NCBI RefSeq assembly: GCF_035084215.1
Contig: NC_090349.1
Location: forward strand, 27,776,001-27,840,000
DNA length: 64,000 nt
Source: Heptranchias perlo
Taxonomy: Eukaryota
Direction: 5' to 3'
Positions 36,225-49,940 of this stretch are shown here, in pieces (the first letter of the stretch is position 1; each line of letters starts with the position of its first letter). The notes beneath the pieces are model-generated. The model was not told the origin of the DNA. It did not search any database and worked only from the letters and a program-made list of their open reading frames with translations. A program made the translations under genes and the position numbers.

Positions 36225-36659
36225 CTGTATGCAAAAGTGTGAGAAAGGAGGCATTTTGGAAATTCAAAGTGCTTCTTTTGAAACATAATACCCATTCTAA
36301 TATTAAAATAAAAATATTTTAAAAACCTTGTATGTGGCTCACATTTTGTGCAATACACTTTAAGGTGTCACATGTTTCCATGTCAATTTTGTGCCATATT
36401 TATTAAAAAGTATTAAAAAGCATCATGAAACCCAATCACCTGCAACCCAAGACTCAGAATGTGTCTCATCTCTAATGAACCTTGGTAATTACAATGATTG
36501 ACCCAAGCATCAATTTCAAGAATGCAGAGCAATTACATCTGATCACCTTAAAAGGGACAGAAAATGACATTTAAACACCAACATATGTTGTGCGTTACAT
36601 AATATAATGTCCCTGTCCTCATAAAACAGTGCATTCTCTAACTTACTGTGAGCAACATT

Positions 36660-37104
36660 AGAAAGAACAAATTTGCATTTGTATAGCACCTTTCAAAACC
36701 TCAGGATGTCCCAAAGCATTTCACAGTCAATTAAGTACTTTTGAAGTGTAGTTACTGTTGTAATGTAGGAAATGCGGCAGCCAATTTGTGCACAGCAAGC
36801 ACATAACTGATCCGATAATTTGTTTCTGATAGCTGGTTGAGACATAAAATGTTGGCTAGAACACCAAGTGAACTCTCCAGCTGTTCTTTTGAAAAGTACG
36901 ATGGGATCTTTTACGTCCAGCTGAGAGGGCAGGCGCATTATCCAGTTTATCGTATCATCCAAAAGATGGCATGTCTGACAGTGCAGCACTCTCTCAGTAC
37001 TGCTCTGAAGTGTCAGCTTGGATAATGTGGTCAAGTCTCTGCAGTGGGGCTTCTAACCTTCCAACTCAAGAGGATAGAGTGCCACCACTGACCCAAGGCT
37101 GACA
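36660..37104 (-). mobile_element. Deu-type SINE copy; further copies at ~30700-30925, ~43245-43985 (interrupted) and ~47450-47740
   Basis: Reverse complement of the 61866 family. Confidence 0.75.
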
Positions 37105-38331
37105 CCTTACTAGGACCACTTGGCTCCAGACCTCATTACAGCCTTGGTCCAAACATGGACAAAAGAGCTGAATTCCAGGCTGCCCTTGACAGCAAGGCAG
37201 CATTTGACCAAGTGTGGCACCAAGGATCCCTAGTAAAATTGAAGTCAATGGGAATCAGGGGGAAAACTCTCCAGTGCCTGGATTCATACCGAGCACAAAG
37301 GAAGATGGTAGTGGTTGTTGGAGGCCAATCATCTCAGCCCCAGGACATTGCTGCAGGAGTTCTTCAAGGCAGTGTCCTAGGCCCAACCATCTTCAGCTGC
37401 TTCATCAATGACTTTCCCTCCATCATAAGGTCAGAAATGGGGATGTTCGCTGATGATTGCACAGTGTTCAGTTCCATTCGCAACCCCTCAAAGCAGTCCG
37501 AGCCCGCATGCAGCAAGACCTGGACAACATCCAGGCTTGGGCTCATAAGTGGCAAGTAACATTCGCGCCAGACAAGGACCATCTCCAACAAGAGAGTCTA
37601 ACCACCTCCCCTTGACATTCAACGGCATTACCATTGCTGAATCCCCCACCATCAACATCCTGGGGGTCACCATTGACCAGAAACGTAACTGGACCAGCCA
37701 TATAAATACTGTGGCTGCAAGAGCAGGTCAAAGGCTGGGTATTCTGCGGTGAGTGACTCACCTCCTGACTCCCCAAAGCCTTTCCACCATCTACAAGGCA
37801 CAAGTTAGGAGTGTGATGGAATACTCTCCACTTTCCTGGATGAGTGCAGCTCCAACAACACTCAAGAAGCTCGACACTATCCAGGACAAAGCAGCTCGCT
37901 TGATTGGCACCCCATCCACCACCCTAAACATTCACTCCCTTCACCACCGGCGCACTGTGGCTGCAGTGTGTACCATCCACAGGATGCACTGCAGCAACTC
38001 GCCAAGGCTTCTTCGACAGCACCTCCCAAACCCGCGACCTCTACCACCTAGAAGGCCAAGAGCAGCAGGTACATGGGAACAACACCACCTGCACGTTCCC
38101 CTCCAAGTCACACACCATCCCGACTTGGAAATATATCGCTGTTCCTTCATCGTCGCTGGGTCAAAATCCTGGAACTCCCTTCCTAACAGCACTGTGGGAG
38201 AACCTTCACCACACGGACTGCAGCGGTTCAAGAAGGGGGCTCACCACCACCTTCTCGAGGGCAATTAGGGATGGGCAATAAATGCCAGCCTCGCCCGCGA
38301 CGCCCACATCCCATGAACGAATAAAAAAAAA
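37105..38331 (+). mobile_element. CR1/Jockey-superclade LINE (second family) in SF3A1 intron 12, with A-rich tail
   Basis: AAFDQVWH, QGSVLGP, FADD, YKAQVRSVMEY; ends ACGAATAAAAAAAA. Confidence 0.9.
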
Positions 38332-38648
38332 CTTCAGATTGTTAGTTTCTCTTTAAAGAAAAAATCCCAATCTTTATTAGCAAGCAATAGTTAATTTCCC
38401 TTGCCGCTGCTCAAGGGCAAAAAAAAAGTATCTCTCTCATTCCATAATTCTCAACAGATATGCAATGAGGACCATTTTTCCATGTCAAACATACTACTCA
38501 TGTTGTGAAGTTCCTTACATGGACATGTTGTGCAAGTGCTATTGGAAACTGTGGCTGAGAAACAAATAAAAAAAAAATTCGGATTCACATTCACAAACTC
38601 CCAAATGGATTTAGAATAGGAATTGCGAAGTCTTTTAAATAACTTTAC

Positions 38649-38856
38649 CTGCTGGTACCACCATTGGCGGTGGGCGGGGAGCTAAAACTGGCGGTGCCGA
38701 TGGAGGCATTGGTACTACGTTAATTCGAGGTCCAGGGATCATTGGTGGCATGGGAGCTGTTAAAACAGGTCCAGGAGCTAAACGGATAACAGGAGCCATT
38801 GGTGGCCTGGGCATAACGGGCATTGATGACATAACATTCCGCACAGGTGGAGGCAT
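38649..38856 (-). CDS. SF3A1: SF3A1 exon 12 (Pro-rich)
   Basis: MPPPVRNV...PRINVVPMPPSAPPVLAPRPPPMVVPA; 208 nt. Confidence 0.95.
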
Positions 38857-39948
38857 CTGAATAATAAAAAAGAGCAACATTGCAATTCTGTGTGAATATA
38901 TCTCTACGAATCCATAATTCATGTCTTTGATAACTTTTCCCATTCTAAATTTCTATGCCTGCATTTATAATGAAAAATGCCAATGCAAATTTATCAAGCT
39001 GTAATCACATCCTGTCAATGATGGTGCTGTAGCACGTCAATTTTGGATTTCCAGGCTCCGGAGTCTGTACTGCAAAGAAACTCCTGTACACCAATCTACA
39101 CTACTTTGCCATAAGTTTTGCTATTTAACTGTAAATAATAATATAAAATCAAAGTGTTATATTAAAAATAAGCATTGAAAGAACAACTTTAGAACAGGGT
39201 CCAAATTACGTCCTGATCCAATTACCCAGTGTCTTCTAACCCCACCTCAACCCAATCGAGACTTCCCCATGTGTAATTTCACGCAAGGTCAACTATACTA
39301 TATAAAGTGTTGAAAGACTAACTTCTAGCTGCGTTATTAAAACTTTACAAGTCAAAATATGCAACTGTCACATTTTATACATTTAGGAGGGTAGCTGGGT
39401 AGTGGATTTTCAACAACTATTATTAAACATTTTCTGCTTGTGAGATTGTCTCCTGTATAATTTATAATTTATTATAAAAAAGATAGAAAATCTAAGTGAA
39501 TCCAGATAGCTTTCTTAATGGCTCCTTCTCATGGATTTCCTCTGCAGATGCTGGTAGAGGGAATCAATAAAACTTTACTTACATTGTATTATGCAGCTCA
39601 TTTACAAAGTAGGTACTGCAATACAAACTTGGATCAGAAACAGTCCTATGTTCGAAACCTCAACAAGACAGAAAGTTCATTGTTATGAAATAGGTGAACA
39701 ATTCTGGAAAGTGGTACTGATCCACAGTTATTCAGTATTGAAAAACAAAACAGCTAATAATTAAACAGGCCTGTGGCCAATTTGGTTTAAGTGTAAACTC
39801 CTGACTGTGGCACAAGAGCTATACATTAGTAAGGTAACAACATTTTTGTGTATATTATTGTTGCACAGAATCCTGAGCACCTCAACATAACATAACTATA
39901 AATAGAAATGCTTGTTGTAACCATTTTCAAAATATTTGCTAAACTTAC

Positions 39949-40182
39949 AGAAGGTGGTCGGGGCATTGATGTGATTGGTGGAACATTCATTGATCCAGAT
40001 GTAGGAGGTGGGGGTTGTGGTAAATCAGCAGGTTTGCTGGGTCCAATTTTCTCTTTGGTGTCATCCTCTGGAACCAATCCCTTGGCCTTGTGGATAGCTT
40101 CAATCTGCTCCTGCAGAGTGATGTTGGCTTGTGCAGCCTGTTGTGTACGTGCCATACTGCCAGAATGACCATCCCAAGTAAC
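39949..40182 (-). CDS. SF3A1: SF3A1 exon 11
   Basis: VTWDGHSGSMARTQQAAQANITLQEQ...MPRPPS; 234 nt. Confidence 0.95.
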
Positions 40183-40589
40183 CTTTGCCATAAGAGAGAA
40201 CAATTAATATAATCATAGTTTATTGGCTTGTTTATGTATTTTAGTTACAACCAATGAACAGCATGTCTGCAATATTGAATAATTACTTCAGAGCAGAATA
40301 GTTTTATATTAATTTACTCTGCTGTCAGTTTTTGAATTAATCTAGACAAACCAATATTCCCGTCTACTTTAACTGAAGCAATAGACAATTACTATTTCAT
40401 TTTTGAATGTTTTCCCAGACTGAATGAACAAACTACATCCATTATCAGTGCTCTGTACTGTACTGTCACAGCACTTTCCATAGTTTAATTTCCTTTACAC
40501 ACTGTGCTTTGAATACAGTATGCCATCCTATAATTTGGAAAAGATGTTCAATTACAGCATAGTTACCCATTCCTATATCATTACTGTTT

Positions 40590-41357
40590 TTTAAAAATTC
40601 ATTCATGGGATGTGGGCGTCGCTGGCAAGGCCAGTATTTATTGCCCATCCCTAATTGCCCTTGAGAAGGTGGTGGTGAGCAGTCTTCTAGAACTGCTGCA
40701 GTCCGTGTGGTGAAGGTTCTCCCACAGTGCTGTTAGGAAGGAAGTTCCAGGATATTGACCCAGTGACGATGAAGGAACAGCGATATATTTCCAAGTCGGG
40801 ATGGTGTGAGACTTGGAGGGGAATGTGCAGGTGGTGGTGTTCCCATGTACCTGCTGCCCCTGTCCTTCTAGGTAGTAGAGGTCGCTGGTTTGGGAGGTGC
40901 TGTCGAAGAAGCCTTGGCGAGTTGCTGCAGTGCATCCTGTGGATGGTACACACTGCAGCCACTGTGCACAGTGGTGGAGGGAGTGAATGTTTAGGGTGGT
41001 GGATAGGGTGCCAATCAAGCAGGCTGCTTTGTCCTGGATAGTATCGAGCTTCTTGAGTGTTGTTGGAGCTGCAATCATCCAGGCAAGTGGAGAGTATTCC
41101 ACCACACTCCTGACTTGTGTCTTGTAGATGGTGGAAAGGCTTTGGGGAGTCAGGAGGTGAGTCACTCACCGCAGAATACCCAGCCTCTGACCTGCTCTTG
41201 TAGCCACAGTATTTATGTGGCTGGTCCAGTTAAGTTTCTGGTCAATGCTGACCCCCCAGGATGTTGATGGTGGGGAATTCAGCGATGGTAATGCCACTGA
41301 ATGACAAGAGGAGGTGGTTAGATTCTCTCTTGTTGGAGATGGTCATTGCCTGGCGCT
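40590..41357 (-). mobile_element. Same LINE family, inverted copy in SF3A1 intron 10
   Basis: ORF 40638-41165 is nearly identical to 37753-38268 over the first 65 aa. Confidence 0.9.
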
Positions 41358-41559
41358 TGTTTCAGTGCGAGAAGAGTTGCCCAGTGAATGTGTGTGTGTG
41401 TAAACTGCCAAGTGTTTATTTGTGTGTAGTTTATGCAAGGGAAAGGTTATGGTTACTGTTGTGATTGCAGTACTAAGAAGCAATAGGAAATCTGCTCCAA
41501 AACATCATTTAAGCAACAAGTTAGTTATCCGAGACTTGCCCAGTAATGGGTGTTCATAC

Positions 41560-41681
41560 CTTCTCTTCTGGTTTCTGAATTTCTTCTTCACCAATCTTCT
41601 TACCGATAGCTGTTTCTTCCACACCAAAGATATCAGTACGTCGTTCAGCCAGCTGCTTCAAACTACTTTCAATATCCAGAC
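41560..41681 (-). CDS. SF3A1: SF3A1 exon 10
   Basis: LDIESSLKQLAERRTDIFGVEETAIGKKIGEEEIQKPEEK; 122 nt. Confidence 0.96.
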
Positions 41682-42504
41682 CTGATGGAAAAAACAGCTC
41701 AAATCAAAAGATGGTTAGGTATTCTATCCTAAAAATTAATGTAAATAAGATACTCACAAAACTTTCAGAATTTTTCACTAAAATTATTGTTGTTGGGTCT
41801 GACAACTAGTAGAAAGTTTTGCTCCAGTGACATCAGAGCGGGCAATATTCCCCATTAATAAATCAATGGAACAAAACTTAATGACATCACATCAGGCTAC
41901 ATAAAACTTCTGTTCCTACGCTGCCATTAATTGGCCATTTTAAAGCCCTAAAACACAGTAACAAGAGGCAACGAACAGCTAGAGGGTGGAAATATTTAGG
42001 ATTATTCAGTAGGATACACTTTATCTTTAAGAGGATTATTTGAAAGATCAAAGTGCTTGCGATCCCCCAAATGTTGAGTTCCTGATCTCAGCTGGGATGT
42101 TGTGAGGTCAGGTGCTTCTCCATAGGAAAGGACAGAAAACGTTAAAAAGATGCTCTTGCATACCCTATCTGGCCTGGTTACAAAGCAGCACTGGCAGAGA
42201 TGTGGGGTAGTTTGCATATGTGAACTCTCAACCAGGTGTGACAGTGGAAGACCAAGAGGAAAAACTGGATGTTGTACCCACAAAAAAAATAATTTTGTTT
42301 TTTAAAACAGTATAACAGATGGTAACAAGTATGTACTCAACCGTAAGTGTGTATGAGGGGAAGGATTTACTGGAAAACAATAATTATAGTCACAATCTAG
42401 AAACAAAACACAAGTTTTTATGTTGATGAATAAATCAGAACTATTATGGAAACAAAGTTCCCATTTTGGCCAGTGCTTCTTTCAACATCACTAGTAATAT
42501 TTAC

Positions 42505-42690
42505 CTGGAGCATACACTTCATCTTCACTCTGCTTCTCTCTAATGGAGCGCTCACGTTGCTCCAACCAGCGTGGATCCAACAGCCCAATACGCATGTGCT
42601 CTTGCATTTTGCTGGCAGGAATTTTTTCCCCAGTGATTGGAGAGATGAGATATTCGTCAGGTGCGGGAGTACCAGCCACAGGTTTTGAAG
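42505..42690 (-). CDS. SF3A1: SF3A1 exon 9
   Basis: SKPVAGTPAPDEYLISPITGEKIPASKMQEHMRIGLLDPRW...EVYAP; 186 nt. Confidence 0.96.
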
Positions 42691-43498
42691 CTAAAAGAAT
42701 ACAAGGAAAACTCTTACTTTAAACTATTCAGTAACTGAGTAAAAGATATAGAAATGGGTACACATATTAAAGTACAAATTCACAAGACAGTAAATAGATT
42801 TGTTTCTATACATTGCAAAAGGGAAAATATAGAAACTGTGAGCTGCCAGCTCAAGCACGGGTCAGAAGTCCTGATTTTGCACTGCACAATTTTTACACTG
42901 TCATCTTATTTGTCTTTGCATCTATAAAGTACAAACGATGCCTCAAGCATTAAACAGAAATTAAGCAACATATGCCTCTCTGTTACAAGTTATTCACTAT
43001 TAAAGTAACTTCGTGGTTGTGCAGCTGCTTTATCCAGCATATGAAATAGTAAAATACGTATACAAGTATAATGCTACAAAAACAGATCTGGTACAGAAAT
43101 TCTGAATTTGAGATTTACTTTAAGAAGCAACAGTGAAGTTGTTGTATAGTGTCCTTACACACTAAGCACTTTCTGAATAACCTAAATGATAACCTGTCAA
43201 CTGTACAACTGGTGAACATACCACACAGCACTAGACCTGCACTAGTGAAATAAATACTTTGAACTTATATAAGCGCCTCATCTCATCTCTGATAAACATC
43301 TTATACCGTTTCACATATTCTTAATTACCGAGGTCTAGTTACTGTTGTTATGTAGATGTTATGCGGATTGTCGTTAAAAACCCAATTGGATCACTAACGT
43401 CTTTCAGTTAAGTTTTAGTGTCCACCTGAAGAAGCAGATGGGACCTCAGTTGGCTCAGTGACAATGCAGCACTCCCTCACTTGGGTGTCAGCCTAGAT

Positions 43499-43916
43499 CA
43501 GTGTTGACCAATACATTAGACACTATTCCCATGTGGCTAATTAGGAATCCAGATGTGGATAATTGCATTTCTGATTAGTAAATTTAAAAAATGAGTAAGA
43601 CACTACTGTTGAGCATGTGACTGCAATACTCATTCGCATGGTGTATACTTGTGTACTTTAATCTTTTTGTGCATTTGTTGGGAAAATGGAAAGATGAAAA
43701 GCAGAACGTGCAAGTGTTTTTTGATCTTTGTCAGTGCTTTACGTTCTTGGTTACTGAATGGCGGTAGATATTAGGTAAATATACAAGTCAAGTACATTTA
43801 CCTACATTGTGTGCATGCAGGTAAGGCATTTTCTACTAAAATTAGTGCATGTGGCTATAACGGTGTTGCCGTAGCCATTCCTGTGGCTAGTCAACAATTT
43901 CCCTTGGCCAACACTG
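43499..43916. mobile_element. Non-autonomous hAT-Charlie (MER3/MER33-like) DNA transposon nested in a SINE
   Basis: 13-bp TIR CAGTGTTGRCCAA; 8-bp TSD GCCTAGAT/GCCTATAT; repeated subterminal GTGGCTA. Confidence 0.85.
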
Positions 43917-45403
43917 GCCTATATTATCAAATTCTGTAATGGGGCTTGAACCCATAACTTTCTGACTCAGTTAAGTTGACACAAGTGCTGTTATTCCATA
44001 TAAAACCCAGCTTTGCTAGAACGGGGGGTTGGATTGAAGGAATGTCTTTTAGTGCACTGTAATGGCATTCAATCACTTGGAGCAGTGGAGTGGCAGCAGA
44101 CAGGAACTGGCAGTGGTGCTGAAGGTTGGGGGAGGCAGGATAAGCTGGGAGCTGTACCAAGAGGGGAAGGAGCCTCGAGCCATGCCGAGGACAGAATACA
44201 ATTTGGGGGTGGGGGGAAGGCGGAGCAAAGACAACAATGCCAGCGTGAACTTGAAGAGGAGGGGAGGCAAGGAGAAGAGTGCCAGCCTAATCAGTGGAAA
44301 TCAGGATTTGTTATGTGATGTTGCTCTGTGACAAATCATTTGCTCCTACATTGGGAGAACTTCACAACCAAACTTCTGGAAAGGTTTCATTCTCATGAAC
44401 GGATTCGCACAGTTCCTTTGATCTCTGCCACAGAAAATATACAGTTACGGATTAGTAGTTTACTGAAAATAAACCAGCATGGTGTCAGCTTTGTAACTCA
44501 TAAGTATGCAAGGTCCAAGTGTGTTTTATTGGCCGTGACAATAGTGGCTTATTCTCCATAAGCTAATAGTTTTTGATTCCTGCACTATTTATATAAACAG
44601 AATTTGTTTAGAAAATGTCAGTTTCATTCATTTCTCTCCTCATTAACTTTGGCCAAATTTACCATTGCGAATGTTGCAAGTGGCTGCACTGACCCATGCT
44701 GGTTTCAAGGAAGATGGCCCAGAATTGGTGGCAGTGGGAGAAAATTATTGAATTATAAAAGAAAAAAAATACAATAAAGATATCAAAACAAACAGGACAC
44801 ATCTCATCATAATTAAGTAGCATAAAAAACAAATCAAATCACTCCTACTCTGATAGGTTTTTTTGCTTCAGAGGTGTTCTGGTTGTAGCTTACTGCCAAG
44901 TGTAAAGTATTGGTCTTCATCAAAAGAGCATTGTATAAAATACTTTATACACAAGACATTGTTTTTGATCTTTCAGAGTTTCTACCGTGTATGCTGATAA
45001 ATCTCAATGATCACCGATTTCTCAATTTTTCTACTTTAATTTTACGCTAGACAGGTCAAATGAATAGGGAACAGTAGGTATGATACAAGACAGTCAAGGA
45101 AAAAATTGGCATTCAATGAGCAGTTATAATACCAAGGCAGCACTAGATTCAAGAGAAAGAGAGAGTGTGGGTAATTTAATAATGTTAGTTTTACATTAGA
45201 AACTCGACTACACTGCAAACTAATTCAGGAAAATGGCCAGTTTTGTAGGACAAATAAATTTTGTCCTATGCTCCTTTCTATTAATTTCTTCCAAGCTAAC
45301 AATGCACCCTAGTGAACATAACCGCATCAGATGAATCACTGGCTTTCAGACCAATCATGACCACACATACAACTTAAACCTCCCCCAGCTTTTGTAGACT
45401 CAC

Positions 45404-45521
45404 CTTTGGGATCATAGTCCTTCCTAATGATAACCTGGTCTGGAGTAGGAGGAAGAGGTGGAGGCATTGGATTCTCAGGAGGAGGTGGTACTTTCTGACC
45501 TTCGTCTTCTTCATCTGATCC
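45404..45521 (-). CDS. SF3A1: SF3A1 exon 8
   Basis: GSDEEDEGQKVPPPPENPMPPPLPPTPDQVIIRKDYDPK; 118 nt. Confidence 0.96.
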
Positions 45522-47033
45522 CTAAGAGAAACAATTATACATATAGATGTGTAAAAATATAAATTTCAGAGAAAATAAGTTAAACTAGAAAGTTGGCATT
45601 TTTTCCCCTTTGTTTTTCTGTTCTGTTCCTACTTTGGGGAAAGACAAATCACTTACAGCTCCCACATATCTACCAGTACCATTCCTGATCTGGTTACTGG
45701 GATATGGATAACCCACACCCTAATATATTTTCCACTGCTCCTGGGGAAGTGCTTTGTACCTTTGTCCAAAGACACAGCTAAACTGAAGAACTCACTATAT
45801 GGCGATCCATATGCACAAAAGATGATGTGCCACCTTGTTTATTTTAAATTATGTGTGCTGATGTTGTGTCGTGCAATGTTCAAACAAAAAACTAGAGTTA
45901 TCCTAAGGAACTTTAGGTCTGAGCTCTCCCTGAAGCAAACTAACACCTAATCACACGGAGGATACCAATTCACTAATGCTATTCCCTCTACTAGCTTTCT
46001 CATTCTTTGGATAGGGATTCTGAAGTGGTTCCAAGCATACAGTTGCTTGGTGGTACCTCCAGAGTCAGCATGGAGTCAAACATCCAGCTAAGAAAAATTT
46101 TAAACCTACAATGAATCCAGTCATTTTTAAAAATACTTGATACTGAATCTATGAACAGAAACCTAGACCAAAAACAAAACTCACCTTTGTTCTGCATTTG
46201 GATGAGCTTGTTTTCCCTAACTTACATAGCATAGTAAGAGTGTAACAGGAAGGTCAAGTTTGCTTAGAAACATTAAACCACTTAATTAAAATCTTAAAAC
46301 TCTGAATGATGATTTGATGTAAACATTTGGTGCCATTGGTACCATTATCAAAAGTAATCTATATTTTGAAACACAAAAATCAGGTCAGTCCCTTTGATCC
46401 ACACTATATATGGTTTATATTATGAGGTACATTTTAAAAAGGAAACATGAGTTCATCATGACACCATAAAGATCAAATGTCTAAAATTTCTATGGAATTT
46501 GTTTGTTACAAGTAAAATTCAGCATTAAGTTAATGCCAGGTTTTCATAAAGACATATTCATTTTAAAAATATAATATTCATCCCGTTGGCAGACTAGCTC
46601 CTTGAGTTGATTGGCTCACTTGTCATGACTTGAATGAAAGAGACGTATCAGCTCTATTATGACAGCAACCTGCTAATAATGTGAATGAACACCAGAGTTG
46701 AATACTATCACTGTCATTACTTATTTCACAATTCACAAGGCAATTTTTTTCCCAGACTGAACTAAACTTGGCATCATAGTAGCTACCACCTTTCTTCTTT
46801 TTCCAGCTTTACCGACGGACACCAATACCATTGCATGCTACTCAATGATTCCTATTTTATAATCTGTTATCAATTAGATTTTCAACAGTTAGGTCAGTTA
46901 TTTTGGAAAGGGATTGCAAAGTTGGTAGCTAACTAGCTCGCATCCCCTTCTTGGGTAATCAAACTGAGCTAGAAAATACTCAATCATGAAGTATCTTTAC
47001 ATCAATCACCAGGATCATTTTGTAGTATTATAC

Positions 47034-47230
47034 CTCATCCATATCCTGTACTTGTGTATCTTGATCTAACTGTGATGGAGCCTCTTCTGGTTTATCCTCT
47101 GTTTCTTCAACATCATCATCAGATTCCACCTCCATTTCAACCTCCTCACTCTCCCCAAACTTCTCATATCTCTCCTGCATCAAAATACGAGCTCCAAGCT
47201 CTTCCGGGGTAGTTGGTGGAGGGAAATGCC
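47034..47230 (-). CDS. SF3A1: SF3A1 exon 7
   Basis: HFPPPTTPEELGARILMQERYEKFGE...QVQDMDE; 197 nt. Confidence 0.96.
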
Positions 47231-47829
47231 CTGTAATTAGAAAGGTAAATTGCCTGGTGAATTTAATTACCATTACATTTCTAGTTTTTCCTACCTCTCC
47301 TATCCACTTCTCTCTCAACAAAAGTGTCTGACTCCCTTTACAGTATTTTCTTCTTCAACCAGAATAGACTTCTCCATGGTTGACATTAATTCTGATCCAT
47401 AAATGGCAAACAGGAGTGCACTTCTGGAGATCAGAACTCAGTCATCCAAATTTACCTACGAAAAGCATCACACACTATGAATTACTTTGAAATGCAGTAA
47501 CTGTTGTTATATAGGCAAATTTGTCAGTCACTGCGTGCACAGCAAGATCCCTGGTTGAGAGAAAAATATATACCAGAACTCCCACTATCCTTTGAATAGT
47601 GCCATGGGATCTTCAACAACCAGAACAGGCAGTTTAACATCTCATCTGAAGGACAATATCGCAGCATGCACTCAATACTACATGTGATGTCAATGTAGAT
47701 TATGCACACAAGTCCTGGAGCAACTTTCTGACTCACAAAATCTCAGATGACAAAGCAGCTCCAATAAAATATAGCTTTTGCTGTCAGAACTATATTGACA
47801 GATGCAATATATTCTGTGGCTTATGTCAA

Positions 47830-49940
47830 CTACAACAACAACAAAACAACTTGTATTTATCTAGCACAATGCAGAAAAACATCTCAAGTGTCACAAGAGG
47901 CGCAAGGAAAAAATGGAATCAGTAAAATAGGTTAGGAAGGCTGACCAAAAGCTTGTTTAAAGAGGTGGGTTTTAAAGATGGTCTTAGAAGGAGGAGGAAA
48001 GTGAAGGTGTTTAGGGAGGCAATTGCATAGCGTAGGATCTGGGTGGCTGAAGATATGGCCAAAATTGGTGGGGTGAAGGGGCAGGGTGCACAAGAGGCCA
48101 GAATCAGAGGAACAGAGTCTGGAGGAGGGAGGGGGATTGTATGGCTGGAGGTGGTTATAGAGATAGTGGCAAGATTTAAACACAAGGATGAATATTTTCA
48201 ATGTGTGGTGTTAGCCACATTGGTTGGCGGGCAATAGAGATTTGGATGGGCTGAAGTTTATACAGGGTGCAGATGGGAGGTTGCTTGGAAGAGCATTTGA
48301 GAAATCGTCCTAAATAATGGATTCACTGGCCGATGGGCTGAGGTAGTAGGCAGTCTTTGTGATGGAGTCAATAGTTCAGCTTGGGGTTGAACAGGACACA
48401 GAGTGTGAACAATAGGCATGGAGGGGGGGGGGGGGGTGGTGGAGTTACTGTCGAGGATACAGAGCTTGTGCTGGCGCCAGGATGCTGGTTTGGGTCTACC
48501 CAAAATTTAGCTGGAGGAAAGCACTGCTCATCCAAGACAGATGTTGAAAAAGCAGTCTGATAGCATAGAGGCAGCAGAGGGGTCGAGAGAGGTGGTGGAG
48601 TCAAAGACCTGAGTGTCATTAGTGTACACGGGGAAGCTGTTCCCATATTTGGGATGATATCAGTAAGGTTAACATGTAGATGAGGAAGAGAAGGGGTCCA
48701 TGGATGGATCTTCGACGGACTCCCGCGGTGACGGTACAAGGGTGAGAAGAGAAGAGAAGCCATTCCTAGAGATAGTCTGGCAACAACTGGATAGGTAAGA
48801 GTGGAACCAAGCAAGGGCAGTTGCATGAAATTGGACAATGATGGAGGATGAAGTCATTGACTGCGTTGAGGTCTGCAGACAGGTCCAGGAGTGATAATGC
48901 ATCACAATCACAGAGAATGACATTACATTGTATTGGTTAAGACTGTGCTATTGGAGAAATCAAACAGTAAGTTGTGGGAGAAATGAGCACAAATCTGGGA
49001 GGCAAAAACATATTCAAGGACCTTGGAGAGGAAAGGGAGGTGGGAGATGGGCAGTAGTTAATGAGGACATACAGTTGAGGATGGGTTTCTCTGCTCCATT
49101 GTCCAATTTGTTGCAGCTGCTTGGTTCCACTCACCCTTGGGAGTCCATCAAAGATCCATCCTTGGCCCCCTTCTCGTCCTCATCTACATGCTAACCTTGC
49201 TGATATCATCCCAGACACGGGAACAGCTAAGCGAGGTTGGTGACAGCAATTTTGAAGAGTGGAACAGTACTTGAGGAGAGGGAACCATTTACAATGTTAG
49301 CCAGCATGGGGGCCAGGAAGGTCAGGATTTCAGTGGGAATAGGGTTGAGTGAGGAGTGGGTCAGTCTCGTGGATGAGATGAGCTTGGAGAGGCCATGGAA
49401 AATGAAGGGGAGAAATTAGAGACATGGTGGGGGGAGTCATGGCTAGGATAGAAGGGGAAATCAGGGAAGGTTTAGTTTAGTGTGGAAGGGGGAAAAGCAG
49501 CGAAGATAGCTGAACGGATGGTTTCCATCCTAATGATGAAGAAATTCATGAGCTCCTTGTACTGTTGGAGGTGAGGTTGGAAGTGGTAGGGGAAAGGGGT
49601 TTAATAAAGGTGCTTGGTAGTACAGAAAAGGAACCTAGTCCATCTATGCCCTCCAGGATGATCCTAGAGTAGTGGACTGTTTTGGCAGAGGACAACGAAG
49701 CCCAGTAGAGCTTCATGTGATTGAGACAGATCTGACAATTCAGGGTTAAGTCATTTGTGCCAGATACGCTCAAGTTTGCGTCCTTGGACATGAGGGAGTG
49801 AAGGTAGAGGTTGTATTGGAAAAATCACTGGGATGCGAGACAGTGAGGGTTTTGCTGGACATAAAGGGCATTGAATGTGGAAGTGAGATGCTGGTTCAAA
49901 ACATCAACAGTTGCAGAGGTATCGTGCAAATAGAGAGGCG
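47830..49940 (-). mobile_element. L2-like LINE remnant in SF3A1 intron 6
   Basis: ALAWFHSYLS, LKTHLFKQAF-like coding and an L2-type 3' end with (GTT)n tail; related remnants at ~4295-4560, 11925-12725, 20300-20665, 23565-24120 and 25330-25875. Confidence 0.7.
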
